A stretch of DNA of 64,000 nt from Pocillopora damicornis (GCF_003704095.1 NW_020846249.1:1-64000), one strand, 5' to 3'; shown: positions 27,540 through 40,785, counted from the first letter of the stretch. Notes: generated by a model not told the origin, from the letters alone. Program-made: numbers and translations.

Positions 27540-27790
27540 GCCAATGCTCATTGTTCTGAATGTATTTTAATGTCATACATAATAGACATTTTAATATTTT
27601 CAAGTCTATGCATATTTAAATAATATTATCTTTCACGTACTCGTTTTAACAATTGTAAATAGTGTTATCAATTTTAACTATAATAGGTATAATTGTTTAT
27701 TGTTAATTTAATTTATTCATTCCCCATTTAACGGTTCCTTACTGCTATTTCAGTTTGACACTTAAATAAAGGTATTCATTCATTCATTCT
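27540..27790 (+). mobile_element. LINE 3' end with (CATT)n tail
   Basis: GGTTCC...CAGTTTGACACTTAAATAAAG followed by (ATTC)n; the same motif occurs at ~22245-22283. Confidence 0.6.
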
Positions 27791-30219
27791 CACTGTATTT
27801 CAATAAAGGCTCTCACTTGCTTACTCACCACAGTTAGCAGCTGCAAGAATCAAGTAAGGGGCCTTGCTTTTAGCTGCTTTTGACTACACCATTGAATTCA
27901 TAAATGGTAAATACAATGTATATATTTGTCCAGGAAAGCTATCTAAAATTTGAATTTGTTAAGTAGATACTGGTGGTTGGATATCCCACGAGGTTGTATT
28001 GAATGTCTGTCTTTGAGAAGAAGAGTCTTGAAACTCATTTCAAGTCAGATTTCTGACAAAAGAATAAGCATTTGTCTTCATTTAATACCAAACCAACAAC
28101 TTCTTTTGTTAATCATTCATACCATTTTTCATGCCTCCAACAACTTTTGTCTCAGAGGACAAGATCTATAGCAATTATTCTAAACCTTCCCTTAAAGTGC
28201 CAAGGCTGTCACACCTGACATTTCAAACAAGCTCCAAAAGGACTATCTATCTCCACACCGTGCAATGTATGCAATAGTCCTCTCCTTTCAAATTTCATAT
28301 TAATAAACAAGTGTAGTTGTATACATTTGACATTCTCATCACAATGATCATTAGAGTTGTGTAAGTCAAGCCTTTCAACATTTTTTGCCTTTAAAGTCAT
28401 ATTTTCAATTACATTTAAAAACTGGTAATCTCTAACAAGGAAATTGTCTCTCTGTGCCAAGGTTCTCCCCAGTTATGTTTATAACTAATTTTGTAACTGA
28501 AAACTAACAAGACAATGTAAAGTTGAGTTGCTGGAAAACCACAGGGAGAGGAGTAACTCAAGGAACAAGAGTTTGTTTAATTCTTTTCAAAGTCAGAAGA
28601 AACCAACTAGCACCTGCAAAGCAGCTGACAATTTTCATGGCTCTAAAGAATTCCGTCACAAAAACACTATAACCAAACCAATGCATAGGTCATTAGAAGT
28701 TTAGTAAGATGTGGAAGAATTAAACAAAATTAGGACTCAAAAGCTGATAGATGAGGCCATAGAAGGAAAAGGTAATGCAGTACAAGACAATGAACAACTT
28801 CTTTGTCTATGGTTACCCACAACCACAGCAATATCTCAAAGATGAAGACTGACAAATAAACTTGATGTTGTGGAATTTAAACTTTCCGATGGAATGCAAA
28901 GAGCAACTCAAATTTGCACATAATCTCTCTCATGAATTATTTTTGCCACAAGAGAGAAAGGCTGCCATCTTGTCATTTCAGTTGAATATGAAATGACACT
29001 TTAGAAAAATGGTAATTAGCTTATTGGATAACCTGACAATCATGAAAGCAGTTCCACAATATACCTCTTCTTACATCCCAGTGAGGATGAAAGATCTAGT
29101 ATGACAAGTCCAAGTGTATCTTCAACCCTCCCACAGAATGTGAATGATACAGCACAAAAAAAGTGTCAAAAGTAACCAAGTCATTTTCTTCAGAAAAGAA
29201 AGTTTCTTGTAGAAGTTGATGTTATAAATTTAGAACTACCTGTACTTCAATCAATCAATTCAGTTTTGTTCAATTTAAAAGTGGTCAACCATAGGATGAC
29301 TACCTGGCTGCGAAGAAATTTTAACTTTTCTGAACATCTAACATGCATTTACTGTACATTTCTAACAACTAATATGTCATAATTATTGTTATTATATTGT
29401 AATACCACCTTACAAATCTAAAGCCCTTCCAAAGTGTTACTAGCCTGAATTTCAAGTTAACCTCTATTCTCTGAATAAAATCAAATCATCTTTTAACCAA
29501 CCAGATTTCTTTATGGACCTGCCAAAACTCAGATGTTTGCCAACCACAAAGAAATCACCACAGCAATCCACAAACTTTGCCCATATGGTGCCATCTACTA
29601 TGACACATATCTTGCTTTGTATATTAGGCTTCTCACTAAAAATGAATTCTTCATCAAAGACACAAAGGACTGTCCTGCATGCCTACAAAACTGCACAGCA
29701 GATATAAATGAAAATCATCATAGTGTATAATGCCTTTTGACAGCAACTTTGATTACATCATTTGATGATCTCAAAAGGCTACCATAAATTGGCTATCACT
29801 TTATGCTTTGGGACCTTTTAAATAACATACATGTAATTTGGAACACAATCATCATTTTCAGTCACCATTTATTTAAACCAATCAATGAATGTAACATGAG
29901 GTGTCCTCTATCTCATCTACATGCCACCAGCTTGCAGTTTTGGGTAAAAGACTTTTACTTGTCCACCTGTTGTTTCTTTTTGCTCAAAAATTAATGACAA
30001 ACACAAACTAAATCACCACACATTTTCAAAGTACTGAGGCTAGACACTTACATATCCACGTGATTCACCTGAAACCTGCACAAATATACTCAGTTCACAT
30101 GCTTCATTTCAATGTTATAAGTTTACTTGACCTGTGGAATGTCAGCAGTAAAAGATCTCACCCCAAAGGGCAAAAACATAGTGCTTAGTGCAAATATGAA
30201 AAGGGTAGAATTCGGAAAT

Positions 30220-30630
30220 TCCAGCCATAATGGACATAGGAATTCCCCTGGGTTGGATACAATAGCAAAAAGAAAGAAAATGTTTTGCACCGTATACCAC
30301 AAATATGCATTGATGGCCAATAAAGGGGGTCAGGTTTTGCTCTGATTCTCTTTAAGTGATGACGAGAGCCACTCTCATTGCCTCTATCGTCAACCAGCAA
30401 AAAAACAAAGAGAAGGTGCCACTGGAGCAAATAAGTTGCAAAATCAACAATGAATCTAAGGACAGACTTGAAAAACTTTTCACATGAAACCTCAGTAACT
30501 TTCACTTTAAATTGTGTTGTCTTTAATTGCAATTACAATACCTCAAAGAAATGGAATACTGTCAAGTCTTGTAAAGTAAAAAAGGCATGTGAAAGATTCC
30601 ATATCTGTTCATTGGAAATAATGTATTAAA
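30220..30630 (+). pseudogene. hAT (ZNF862-like) transposase N-terminal remnant
   Basis: EFPWVGY...MFCTVYHKY (TTF-type zinc finger-like), LEKLF, KACERF; frameshifted. Confidence 0.45.
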
Positions 30631-32668
30631 ATGTGCATGGTTATTGTGAAACACCACTTATTACTAGGGTGATGTGCTTCTTACCTACAAACATGGCAAA
30701 TTGGTATAGAAAAAGTCTTGCATGATAATTGTGACCAAGCTTGCCTACCTAGTGCAAGTAGTTTAACCTCTGCAGACTTGTCCTGCTAGTCAAGTTCCCT
30801 ATTGCTAGTAGAAGTAAAGTGATGTCATCATGATTAGTTTTTAGGTACTTTAGTTAATACCTAGATCAGTATTATTGCTCAACTTGTTTACGCATATACA
30901 TAAACTGGACTTACATTTTTAGAAACATTTTAATTCCTTCCAAGTACCTCATTTTTCTGGTTTTGGTATTTGAAGGGGTTTCCTCCAGACCACCTTTTTT
31001 AATTTTTTGTTTAATAAAATGTTTGAGTATCATCTTACTAGTAGCTTAATATATACATATATATATATATATAAAAAAATTTGGTTATAGTCTATACTTA
31101 CGGTATAGTGCTCAATGCATTCACAGAGCATGGTATATCTGGAGGTTGATCCTATAAACTTTTTTTAAAAAACTTATAGATTCAAAAATATAATTAAAAT
31201 TAACTAATTTTTCTTCAGCTTTCATTCATTTTTTTTGTAGACAACAATAGTTCTATAGTTATAGACAACCAAAACCTGAGTGGCACTTGTCAAATGGAAA
31301 GGTGGTTGGAGAAAGGTTTTTTTTCCCCAGAATACAGGAAGAATTCGCTTTTTATAACAAAATGAACCTCGATATGCAATTCTTGCCATTTCTGCAGCGA
31401 CAAATGAACAATAAGACATTGCATTGAAATTTAACTAATTAAGTTGTGAGTATGTATTGATATGCATATACCTTTTGTATTTGAGGAAAAAGATTTGTGT
31501 CTGTCATAAGTCTAATACAATAATAGGCCTTTTCAGGGTGAACAACAGCATCTATCGGTACTTTGATCTATAACGTAATGTCTGTTACTCACTTTTAATA
31601 TATAACACAGCCTTAGTATATTTTTATCATTATTTGGAAATTTGCAGAGGAATGAGGACAGTCAAAATTTGTCATACAAATATACAATTTCTTGGTGTAG
31701 ACAACCAAGTGATGTTTAACACATAGAAAAGCCCTGATTGTGCTTTGTTCTGTTGTATTGTAAACAAAGTTTTGTTGGGTTCTTCTGTTGCTACATGCCT
31801 GCTTGCTTGTTCCAAAATTTCACTTACAATTAATGAAAAAAAAAAAAAACTAGAGAGAAGTCTCGAAAAAGGTCAGACATAGTACAAACTGGCAGATAGC
31901 ATGACGGCTTTTGCTCAGCTCTGTGCTTTGTACTCTGATAGAGCATGCTCTTTCAACCAACCACAACATACATTGTACTAGAACTTTAGTATAATATAGT
32001 ATAGTTTCCTTTATCAAAATTGAAGTATATTTGTATACTTTTTGCAAACAAAGAGTACACATTATTTGTATTACATCAGTTGGGTGTATAAATTTAGTGC
32101 ACATCATTTGCCAGGTTTAAGTCTTTTTGAATTCTTCTTAAGTTTCTTTTTTGTTGTTGATTCTTTTCCCACTACACATGGTTCAGTCCTGGGTCTCAAG
32201 CATACATCTATCGCCACCAGTTTCAACAAGTTGTTGCTACACCATCATTTAAATCGGTTGCCTCATACTTGTTGAACTGCTTTTACACCAATGATGAGCT
32301 GCTGGGAATGAACCTCAAGGGTGCCAATAGCAAGCCCCACCCTCAGAAAGATATCCTTGAAAGCATTTATTTATTTAAGCAGAGTCATGTGTTACTCTTT
32401 AACAAAGGTATCTACATGTATGTCAAAAGAAAGAAAGAAATGATATTTACATGTAAGAAAGTAGAAAACATCATGTGTTATACATACAAGTACAAGTAGC
32501 CTGATGCAAACTTTTGAATCATTCCAGTTTTCTTGAGTGTTTGTATCAGGCTTTATAAACAAGAGAGAAAGAGAAAGTTGTGTGATTGTCAGTTATTTTT
32601 ATTAGTACAATTAATCTGGAAGCTGCTCATTATGTTGGTTCCAAATAAACCCTCCAAGTGGTGTATAA

Positions 32669-32912
32669 TGACTGTAAATATATGAAAATCAAATATGTGC
32701 ACTGCGGTTGAAGAAACAAATGTGGAAGCAACTCTCATAGTTTTTTTACCATATTGCAGAGGTCACAGGTTCAAATCCTGTACAGACCTGAATTTTTTTT
32801 CAAGGTCTTATTCTAGCTACCAGTTCAGTAGTGTTCACAACTGCAAGGACCACTTCTATATTTGTTTCTTCGACTACAGTGCACATATATGATTTTCATA
32901 TATTTACAGTCA
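32669..32912. mobile_element. Non-autonomous element with ~55-bp inverted termini and an internal tRNA-like B box
   Basis: TGACTGTAAATATATGAAAATCA... / ...TGATTTTCATATATTTACAGTCA; GGTTCAAATCC at 32768-32778. Confidence 0.75.
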
Positions 32913-33687
32913 CAATTAATTTATTACTAATAAACTGTCTAAGTTAACTTTTGCAGGTTTTGTTGTGAGAAAAAAGGCAAATACCTGCCCATCCCCATTG
33001 GTCATTAAGACTAGATACCATATAATAATAATAAGCTTGAAAAAAAACAAAAATCTTGTACATTATTGTTAGTGTTACAGTCAATGCATGCTTTAGAATT
33101 TTGATTATGAAAAAAGAAAGATTCCACATTGCAAATAACTTATTTATTCTTTTTATAAAGTCCTAATTCTGGGTAACAGGAATGATTCCATTTTATTGGT
33201 AGGTTGTAAAATAAAATCCCATATAATAATGCCAATGACAGTTATGTCACAATTCTATGAGGTGCCACTCCTGCCAAAATTCAGCCCTTCTGTTTTTTCA
33301 TAAATGGTGCTTGCATTTTTGTTAATGGTACTTACATTTCTGTACATTCAGCCTTCGTTTTTTTTTAATATGGTGCCTTGATTTTATAAATGGTGCCTAT
33401 TGTAAATGCTGCCTCTGTTTTTTAAAATGGTGACAGTTGTTTTATAAATGGTGCCTATCGTTTCGTAAATGCTGCCCCTAATTTTATATAATTTGTGGTT
33501 ATTTTTCCCTAAATGGTGCTAAGAATCTCCTTAAATGATGCCTTTACTTTTGGAAATGCTGGCTCGAGTCAATTTTCATAAACAATACTCTTTAAAAAAT
33601 AAGGTGCAGCAGTTTGGGACTAACCCATTTGCGGAGAAAAACCTGGTAACTAGTCATTTTCCGTGTTCCTTTCATTCTTCTGTCAAC

Positions 33688-36358
33688 ATGGCAGACAAGC
33701 TTGCAAGGATGCCATCAAGGGTTGCTGAAAGGCTTACGACACAAGTCATGACCACTGTTGAAAGTATTCCAAGCTCTTCAGCAGTGGAACTGACAGCTGC
33801 TGGCTCTTTAAGGGTGGAAATGGAACTGAAATCGTTATTTTCCACATCATTTTCATCATACCAGTAGTCACCTAAATGCAACATTAAATAACTCATGAAG
33901 GGGTAAAAAGCAAAAGGCCAAGGGATTGGAGAGAAAGACCAAAAAGTGTAAAACAATCATATGTAAATTTCTCTGTTTGAGTGACAAGGATCAATCAGAG
34001 ACCCCAGATGCTGAAGAACAGAGGGAATTGCTGATGGCTAGTCTGGGGGAAGTGAAGATTTCTGTACCTGAGGATTTGAATGAAATGGAATTCGAGACCT
34101 TGTCATAGAAACCTTCCCAAAGTTAATAGATGCAGGGGTGTTTTGAACTGATGTAAGCAGAACCACAGAAGAGAGATTTGAGAATTATTCCCCCTGGAAT
34201 ACCATTTATAAACAGTCAAATATTCAGTTTGAGCAACCAGAAGCCATTATGATCTATTCACACATTTGATAGCAAGAAATCAACAAAGTTTCACTTCATT
34301 CCCTTATTTAACTTTGCAAAATCTCTTAAATGTTGAAATATGTTTAACTATACCAATTAATATTTGATAGTATATATATATAGATATACTTAATGGCAAG
34401 CAGAGTTAGAGGACAAAATAAAAACACTTATTGTTGAACACATCAGTGACATTTATAGACATGTACGATATTTATTTTGTAAGCATGTAGCAAACTGAAT
34501 GCTGTGTGCATAATAGTTGTCTGATCTAACTTTCGAAAACTTGAAAGCTTCTTTGTCAATATTAGCATGTACTTTATTAATAAAATTATACAGTTAAAAC
34601 ACTAGCGGCCCATGCCCAAATCTCAACGTTTCATAGTTGACAGAATGTGAATTTGTGGCCACATTTTGTGCGAGCGATCGTTCAGCGCCATGTTGATTTA
34701 TTGAAAGAAAGCTGGGTGAATGTTAAAACTTGAATTATTAAGTACTGTCGGCGATTTCTGAAAAAAATAGATATCTCCGGTTCTATTGGGCCTAACAAGT
34801 CCCTTAAAACGGGAAAATTCTCTTTAGCTCAAGCTAGTGTTAAATGGAAATTGGTTATTGATGCGCCGGATATCTTTGGATTATTTTTTTCACCATCAAG
34901 ATTTTGTTTTCACACGTGCCGATAACAATTTGTTCGTCACGCAACTAATTATGCGTGAAATAAACTCGAGTCGGCATCATGTTCTCGTGCCGCTTTGTGG
35001 CACTCTTAATGCAGTAAAATTCACTTCAGAGGTGGAAACGCCTGTAGGTGAGAATTTTTTTCAATTCAACTACCAGTAGATTTTAAATTTGTCACATTAC
35101 CCGCACCTCCCTTTTACCCGCAGTGGCGCGCGTTTAACGCAAAATCAACAGATTACCCGCGGGTAAACGGCCGGAAATTACGGTAAATCTTTCATCAGAG
35201 AATATTGACTCAGATGATGACCCCTCAGCAGTATGGGAGGAAAGAGATGACCCTGTCCCAGCCAATCAACATCATGTGCCCCTTCTAATGACCACCGTGC
35301 AGAAAGAGGTCACCCTGTCCCAGCTGTACCTGGAACTCCACGTCTCATCTATTTTCCTTCATCACGCACATTATGACAATTATGTTGACCTTATTGATGA
35401 AGATCAAGACCCAAATTTCCCTACTGCCATAGAAGCAAGTTTATTAGATAAACAGACAGCCACCTCAAGTGATGCAAGTGACCCTGAACTACAACCAAGA
35501 GATCCACGGTTTTCCCATGATCTTAATCAGCTGAGTGGCCAGAAGTATGCATTAGCTGGAAAGTTGGTTGCTTGGAGTGTCTTGCAAGGCAATAATGGTC
35601 CCTGATGCTTTTCGTCAGAGGGCTACAAAACTTGCAGGGGTGCAACCTTTGACCAAACACTAGCTATTGAGGAGGTTGCTGATGTACAGATGAAGGAGAT
35701 ATTGAGAGCTACTGCAGCATGTTGCTCTGAAGAAAAGTTTGCTGAAGTCATCGCTAAGCATGCAGATCAGATTTCTCAGTACAGTTACCCCAAGATATAC
35801 ACTGTCAATTTAGCTCACAAGAAAGAAGTAGTAGACTGCTTGTTGAAGCAGAACTTTGACTACGGTGTTCATGCAGAATTTGCTCAGTTCATGGAAGGAA
35901 TGAACAGCATTGGAAACTTTGGAAACATGGTAATGGCAAATCAATCCGTTTTTGAAGCCATTTTGAGCAGCAGCCATGAAAAGCTTACCTTAAGTGCTTT
36001 TACTTCCCTATAAGAGTTAAAATGTTCTGAAGTAGGATCAAACAACAGAAGCTGTGAGGATTCCATAATTTACTGCTTTGAGCTCTTTCTCAAGGACCTT
36101 GAAGAGGATGAAGCAGATGGTTTAACACTCAAGGACCTCCTTGTGTTTATCAATGGAGCAGATTCTGTTTCTCCACTGGTTTTGACAATTTGATTTCTGT
36201 GCACTTTTATGACTTTATTGGAAATGTGCACTGCAGTCGCTGCTCATTAACTTGTGCCCAAACCTAGCATTTGCCAAGGGGTTTCAAAGACCCACAACAA
36301 TTCAATGAGCTCATGAAAGAGTCTCTTCATGAGTGCCAATGGCTTTGGAAAAGTATGA
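33688..36358 (+). pseudogene. Transposon-borne HECT E3 ubiquitin ligase (G2E3-like) with a UIM-like motif
   Basis: YALAGKLVAWSVLQG, FAQFMEGM, SEVGSN, LKDLLVFINGAD, LTCAQT (catalytic Cys position), LPRGF and terminal GFGKV*; DEDQDPNFPTAIEASLLD; stops and an insertion. Confidence 0.85.
34600..35185. mobile_element. CpG-rich pogo/TcMar-type element end inserted in the HECT gene
   Basis: Ends ...CCGGAAATTACGG|TA with TTACCCGC subterminal repeats; HECT-gene coding is interrupted from ~34200 to 35185. Confidence 0.55.
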
Positions 36359-37360
36359 GCATTATAAGGGCCTGATATCTCGTTTTTAAAGTTATTCTTC
36401 ACTTTGCTTCCAGTTCCTGTGGAACAATATTTTGCTTATTCTTTAGTTAATGTTAATGCAAGTCCTAGTGCTGGCTGTCTTGATGAAACAAACAATTTCC
36501 TTCTTTGATTGTTCAGTGATTACATAGTCACTTTCAAAATGGTAAGAAAGGTACTAACTGACCATGGATTGTATTAGCACATGCATTTTGCTGGTTTTAT
36601 TATGGAAATGTTCCAGTTACAGCTGTCTTGTTGCATCTCTCTTTCTGCTGTACAAAAGCACATTATCCTTAAGCTATACAAGAAAATTAGTTCAGATTTC
36701 AGTTTTTATATTTGTCATTAGCTATAGTTACTTAGTACCTGATCTTTTTTTCTTTGTCCTCAGTAAATGTACATGGTACAATGTTTGTTATTCACTTTAC
36801 TGTTTCTTTCAAGTAAAGGCATGGATGTATCACATACTTTTTAATTTGAACACCTAGGCCTCTTCCCTGGCAAACTAGAACATGTTTTTAGTGAAGGTTT
36901 TGCCTCAAGAGGGTATGTATTTGTTTAATGATCTGGTTGATTTTTTCACAGTTAATTAGATAAATAAACCATTATCAATTTAAATCCTGCACCATTTCAA
37001 AACAGGAAACAATCTTTGCCAGCTCCTCCTGAAAATGGAATAAAGACACAACAGCAACAATATGTAAATGGTCAAACCCCATGGTGTTGAAATATCTGTT
37101 GTCATCATTAGCTAAATGGTACCTTAGTGCTGTTTTGGACACCACCTTTTACAAAGTCCTTGACCAAAAGGTAACATCTGACATTTAGCCATGGGATAGC
37201 CAATGGCACTGTGTAACTTCTTTCATCTACCATTCTCTGTAGATCATTCAGTTGAGCTTGATTCAGAAGGCAATCTGTGGTGGCCACATCAATGCTGTCT
37301 TCATAAACATTGTCAACACTAACTGGACCCTCCCAATCAATACCATAGTCATTACTGACT

Positions 37361-37715
37361 AGGGTATGAAATTGCACCTAATACTGGTGCCAATGCTACT
37401 AAATTTTTCACATTGACAACCAAATCCTGAAAATTAGTCGCCAAACAACTAGAATGCTTCATCATAACCTTACATAGAGATACAGTGAATTAAAAAGATT
37501 TGCAAAGATAAATCCGTGGCAAACTTCCTCGTTAAGTTTGCTTCCAAAACGCAGCACATGCATATCAATCAATAACAAGACACTATCTTGGATTTAGGTG
37601 AGCTTGAGGGTTGTATATCATCCATCCTAATGTCCACTTAGTAGCACACTATCTTTTTCTAAACTTAAGTTTGGAGGGTCTATCTATAACTCTGACAGTG
37701 TAAAAAAAGAATGAA

Positions 37716-37760
<45 letters not shown>

Positions 37761-38077
37761 TATAGCAGGTAATTTAGTGTTAACAACTGGGTTGAAAACG
37801 TAAATTAGCCACCGTAAAGAGTAAAAAAGCTGACGTTTCGAGCGTTAGCCCTTCATCAGAGCGATAGACGAAGGGCTAACGCTCGAAACGTCAGCTTTTT
37901 TACTCTTTACGGTGGCTAATTTACGTTTTCAACCCAGTTGTTAACACTAAATTACCAGTGTAAAAAAAGGTTTTGTTTGTCTTAAAAGATGGCAACCAAT
38001 TTTTTTTTAATAGGCCACCATTTTGAAAAATTTAGGAGCCAAGTGGCTATCAGAAAAAAAAATTAATTTCATGCCCT
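37361..38077. mobile_element. hAT-type non-autonomous element nested in the transposase
   Basis: TIRs AGGGTATGAAATT / AATTTCATGCCCT; direct repeat CTGACT in both flanks. Confidence 0.75.
37710..37955. mobile_element. Penelope pseudo-LTR palindrome with hammerhead motifs and a 14-bp target duplication
   Basis: Perfect 87-bp arms 37768-37854 / 37870-37956; CAGTGTAAAAAAAG at 37696-37709 and 37956-37969; minus strand CTGATGA-AGGGCTAACGCTC-GAAACGTC. Confidence 0.85.
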
Positions 38078-40171
38078 TCTGACTGCTGAAAACAAGCATT
38101 TTCAAAGTTACCTTGAACCCATAACTGCAGGGGTGTTAGATTGTGTTCAGTACTTAAGGGGTGTCTGATCCAAGCAGCCACCCACTCCTGTAACTTGTCA
38201 TTAATGACTTTTGGGAAACAGAAGTGTAAACACCATAAATCACTTTCACTGATTGAATCAAGAATTCTCCCATGTCTTCCATGACTGTAAAGAGACTCTT
38301 GATAAGTTCCAGAACATCACTGTACACATCTCTCCACAGATGCTCTATCCCTTGGTTATATACACTAGTTGGTTATATACACCAGTTCTTTGTCTGTGAA
38401 TCATGTATTGTACTACATCAATATTCTCACCTCCTCAATCACTCTGAATACGTGAGGGTAGTCCCCACTGAGCTACTACATCTTGAAAGCAACTTTACAC
38501 TGTTGATGCTTTGTTATTTGTGTTACATGAGAGATAGACTAGAATTCTGCTGAATCCGTTGATGCAACTGTGAACCACAAAGCGCCATCTGATAAGTTTT
38601 TGACTACCATCTAAATGCCATAAGGCTAGCAGACAAGATACCAAATAAACACGCCAATTAATAGCTCTACATCTGCGCTCAGCTATGCCCACTAGCTTGC
38701 CTCTTTGCAAGGACTGTCTCAGTAGTTGCCTGGTTATCCTTACATTACGAGATGCAATATACCCAGCCAAATTCTTTGATCCACGGTTGGGATGAAAGGT
38801 CTTAATGGTTCTAATTTCACTGTCTAATTCTTCATCTGCAATGATGCTCAATGACCTAGCCAACATATTATATTGAGTGAGGTAGCTTCAATGGTTCTCG
38901 TTGATACCTGCAGTAACTCGGCAATTTGTGGCACTGTGAACCTCTGGCCAATCAGTGACTGTAGTTGATCTTGCATAATGTCATATGATGGGTGACCTCA
39001 AATACTAGTGTTGACTCTAAGAGTTCTCACTGACGTTCGTTAAGTTTTCCAGAATGTGTCTTGCTGAGGAAATGTTTCAATAGACATCATCTGGCAATCT
39101 CAACAGAGAATCCAAACAATTAACAGCCTTAAAGATTTGATCTATGTTCTCTAGTGCTTCATCGGCATCCATCTTTTCAACGAGGTTTGGAAAACTACAA
39201 CAGATATTTTCAATTTTTAATTTAATGGCCATTGACAGCATCCTCACTGCATTCACAAGGTTGTCCGCTTAATGGAAGAGTGAGAGGAATGCAGCAAATG
39301 ACTACTTACCAGGTTTCGCTCTGTAAACAGGGCTGGGTTAGTCCCCAAACTGCTGCACCATATTTTTTAAAGAGTACCATTTACAAAAATTGACTCAAGC
39401 CAGCATTTACAAAAGTAAAGGCATCATTTCAGAAGATTCTTAGCACCATTTAGGCCAAAATAACCCCAAATGATATAAAATAGGGGCAGCATTTACAAAA
39501 CGGTAGGCACCATTTATGAAAACAACTGTCACCATTTTAAAAAACAGGCAGCATTTACAATATTATAGGCACCATTTATAAAATCGAGGCACCATATAAA
39601 AAAAACGAAGGCTGCATGTACAGAAATGTAAGCATCATTTACAAAAATGCAAGCACCATTTACAAAAAAACAAAAGGGCTGAATTTTGATGGAAATGGCA
39701 CTTCATCGAATTCAGCATGTTAATTTACTCTTTTGAGGGTGTTTTCTAAGCTGAAATAAAATGTATTTAACAGTGAAACAATTGGTCTTGTCATGAATGG
39801 TCCTGCAGGTTTCTATAATTTTGCTGTACTATTTCAAGGGTGTTTTGTAAACTAAAATGTTTCTTACCACAATGAATACAAAAAGTATACTTTGTGTGCA
39901 CAAGGTGAGAAAAAAAAAATTTACAAGAATACTTTTTGTATATCTATAAAAGAAGTATGCTTCCTTGGAGTGTATTGGGTGTATACTATTAGTATACTGT
40001 TTCTCCATGTGCTATACTAATAGTATACTTCAAGCAGTTCCAAATTACTAATACAAAAAGTATACTTTTTGCACATACTAAAGCTCTACAATAAGTATAC
40101 ATAAAGTATACATGATGTAGTATATCACATGTATATATGGTGTATACTTAAAATATACTCTATTATGTTAA

Positions 40172-40368
40172 CCCTTTGCACCCTCACATCAGCATCCATA
40201 TTCACCATACTCTTCACTATACATTTCCTTTGATACTGACAAGGAGAATTTGTTTAACAATTAAAGGCTCTGAGGTTGGCAATCATTTCCTTTATTCTCA
40301 TGGATATAGTGAATGCGGTATTACTGAAAGGAGAAATTAGATGCTGATCACCTGTAGGGTTTAAAGGG
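40172..40368. mobile_element. piggyBac-type MITE
   Basis: TTAA|CCCTTTGCACCCT ... AGGGTTTAAAGGG|TTAG. Confidence 0.8.
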
Positions 40369-40785
40369 TTAGGGGTTGCACAAGCTCAGAAAATTTGTCC
40401 ACTAAAAAAACCAAGTTAATTTTTTTAATCCCTTGACATTTCTATAGAAAAACATCATACTCTAGAAGTTTCAAGGAACCTTTGTACTCTGATAGAGCAC
40501 ATTTTTGATGAAAATTTCTCACTGCCAGGCATTTAGGCTCCATTCAAACAGCAAACATCTTGTGTGCTGAATCAAATAGTTAAATTTAGCACAGGAGAAG
40601 TTCAATGTTTGACTCAATTAAATTAGACAAATTGAATTAAGTTTGACAGGCAATTAAATTTGCCAAGGCAAGTTGTATAAAATGACAAGTTTGCATAAGT
40701 TTGTTTAATATATTTTCTACCCACAATTCAACACTGAGCTATTTGCCATTTGTAGTTTTTGCGCTGTTCTCACTGTTCTCGGAAA

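Larger units (their letters stand above)
37108..39170 (-). pseudogene. Integrase-core (DDE) transposase of the IS3EU-like element
   Basis: FTVPQIAELLQVSTRTI (HTH), [68 protein letters not shown]. Confidence 0.9.
33256..39707. mobile_element. IS3EU-like DNA transposon with ~370-bp TIRs, carrying a HECT gene and a transposase
   Basis: TIRs 33256-33626 and 39335-39707, built from repeated TAAATGGTGC; termini TATGAGGTGCCA / TGGCACTTCATC; flanks CAATTC / GAATTC (5/6 match). Confidence 0.85.

Noticed and set aside
32745-32800. tRNA gene
   Set aside because: Only a B box/T-arm-like part is present; no cloverleaf.
37361-37377. Start of ORF 37108-37377 (MQFHTL)
   Set aside because: Derived from the hAT TIR, not a real start.
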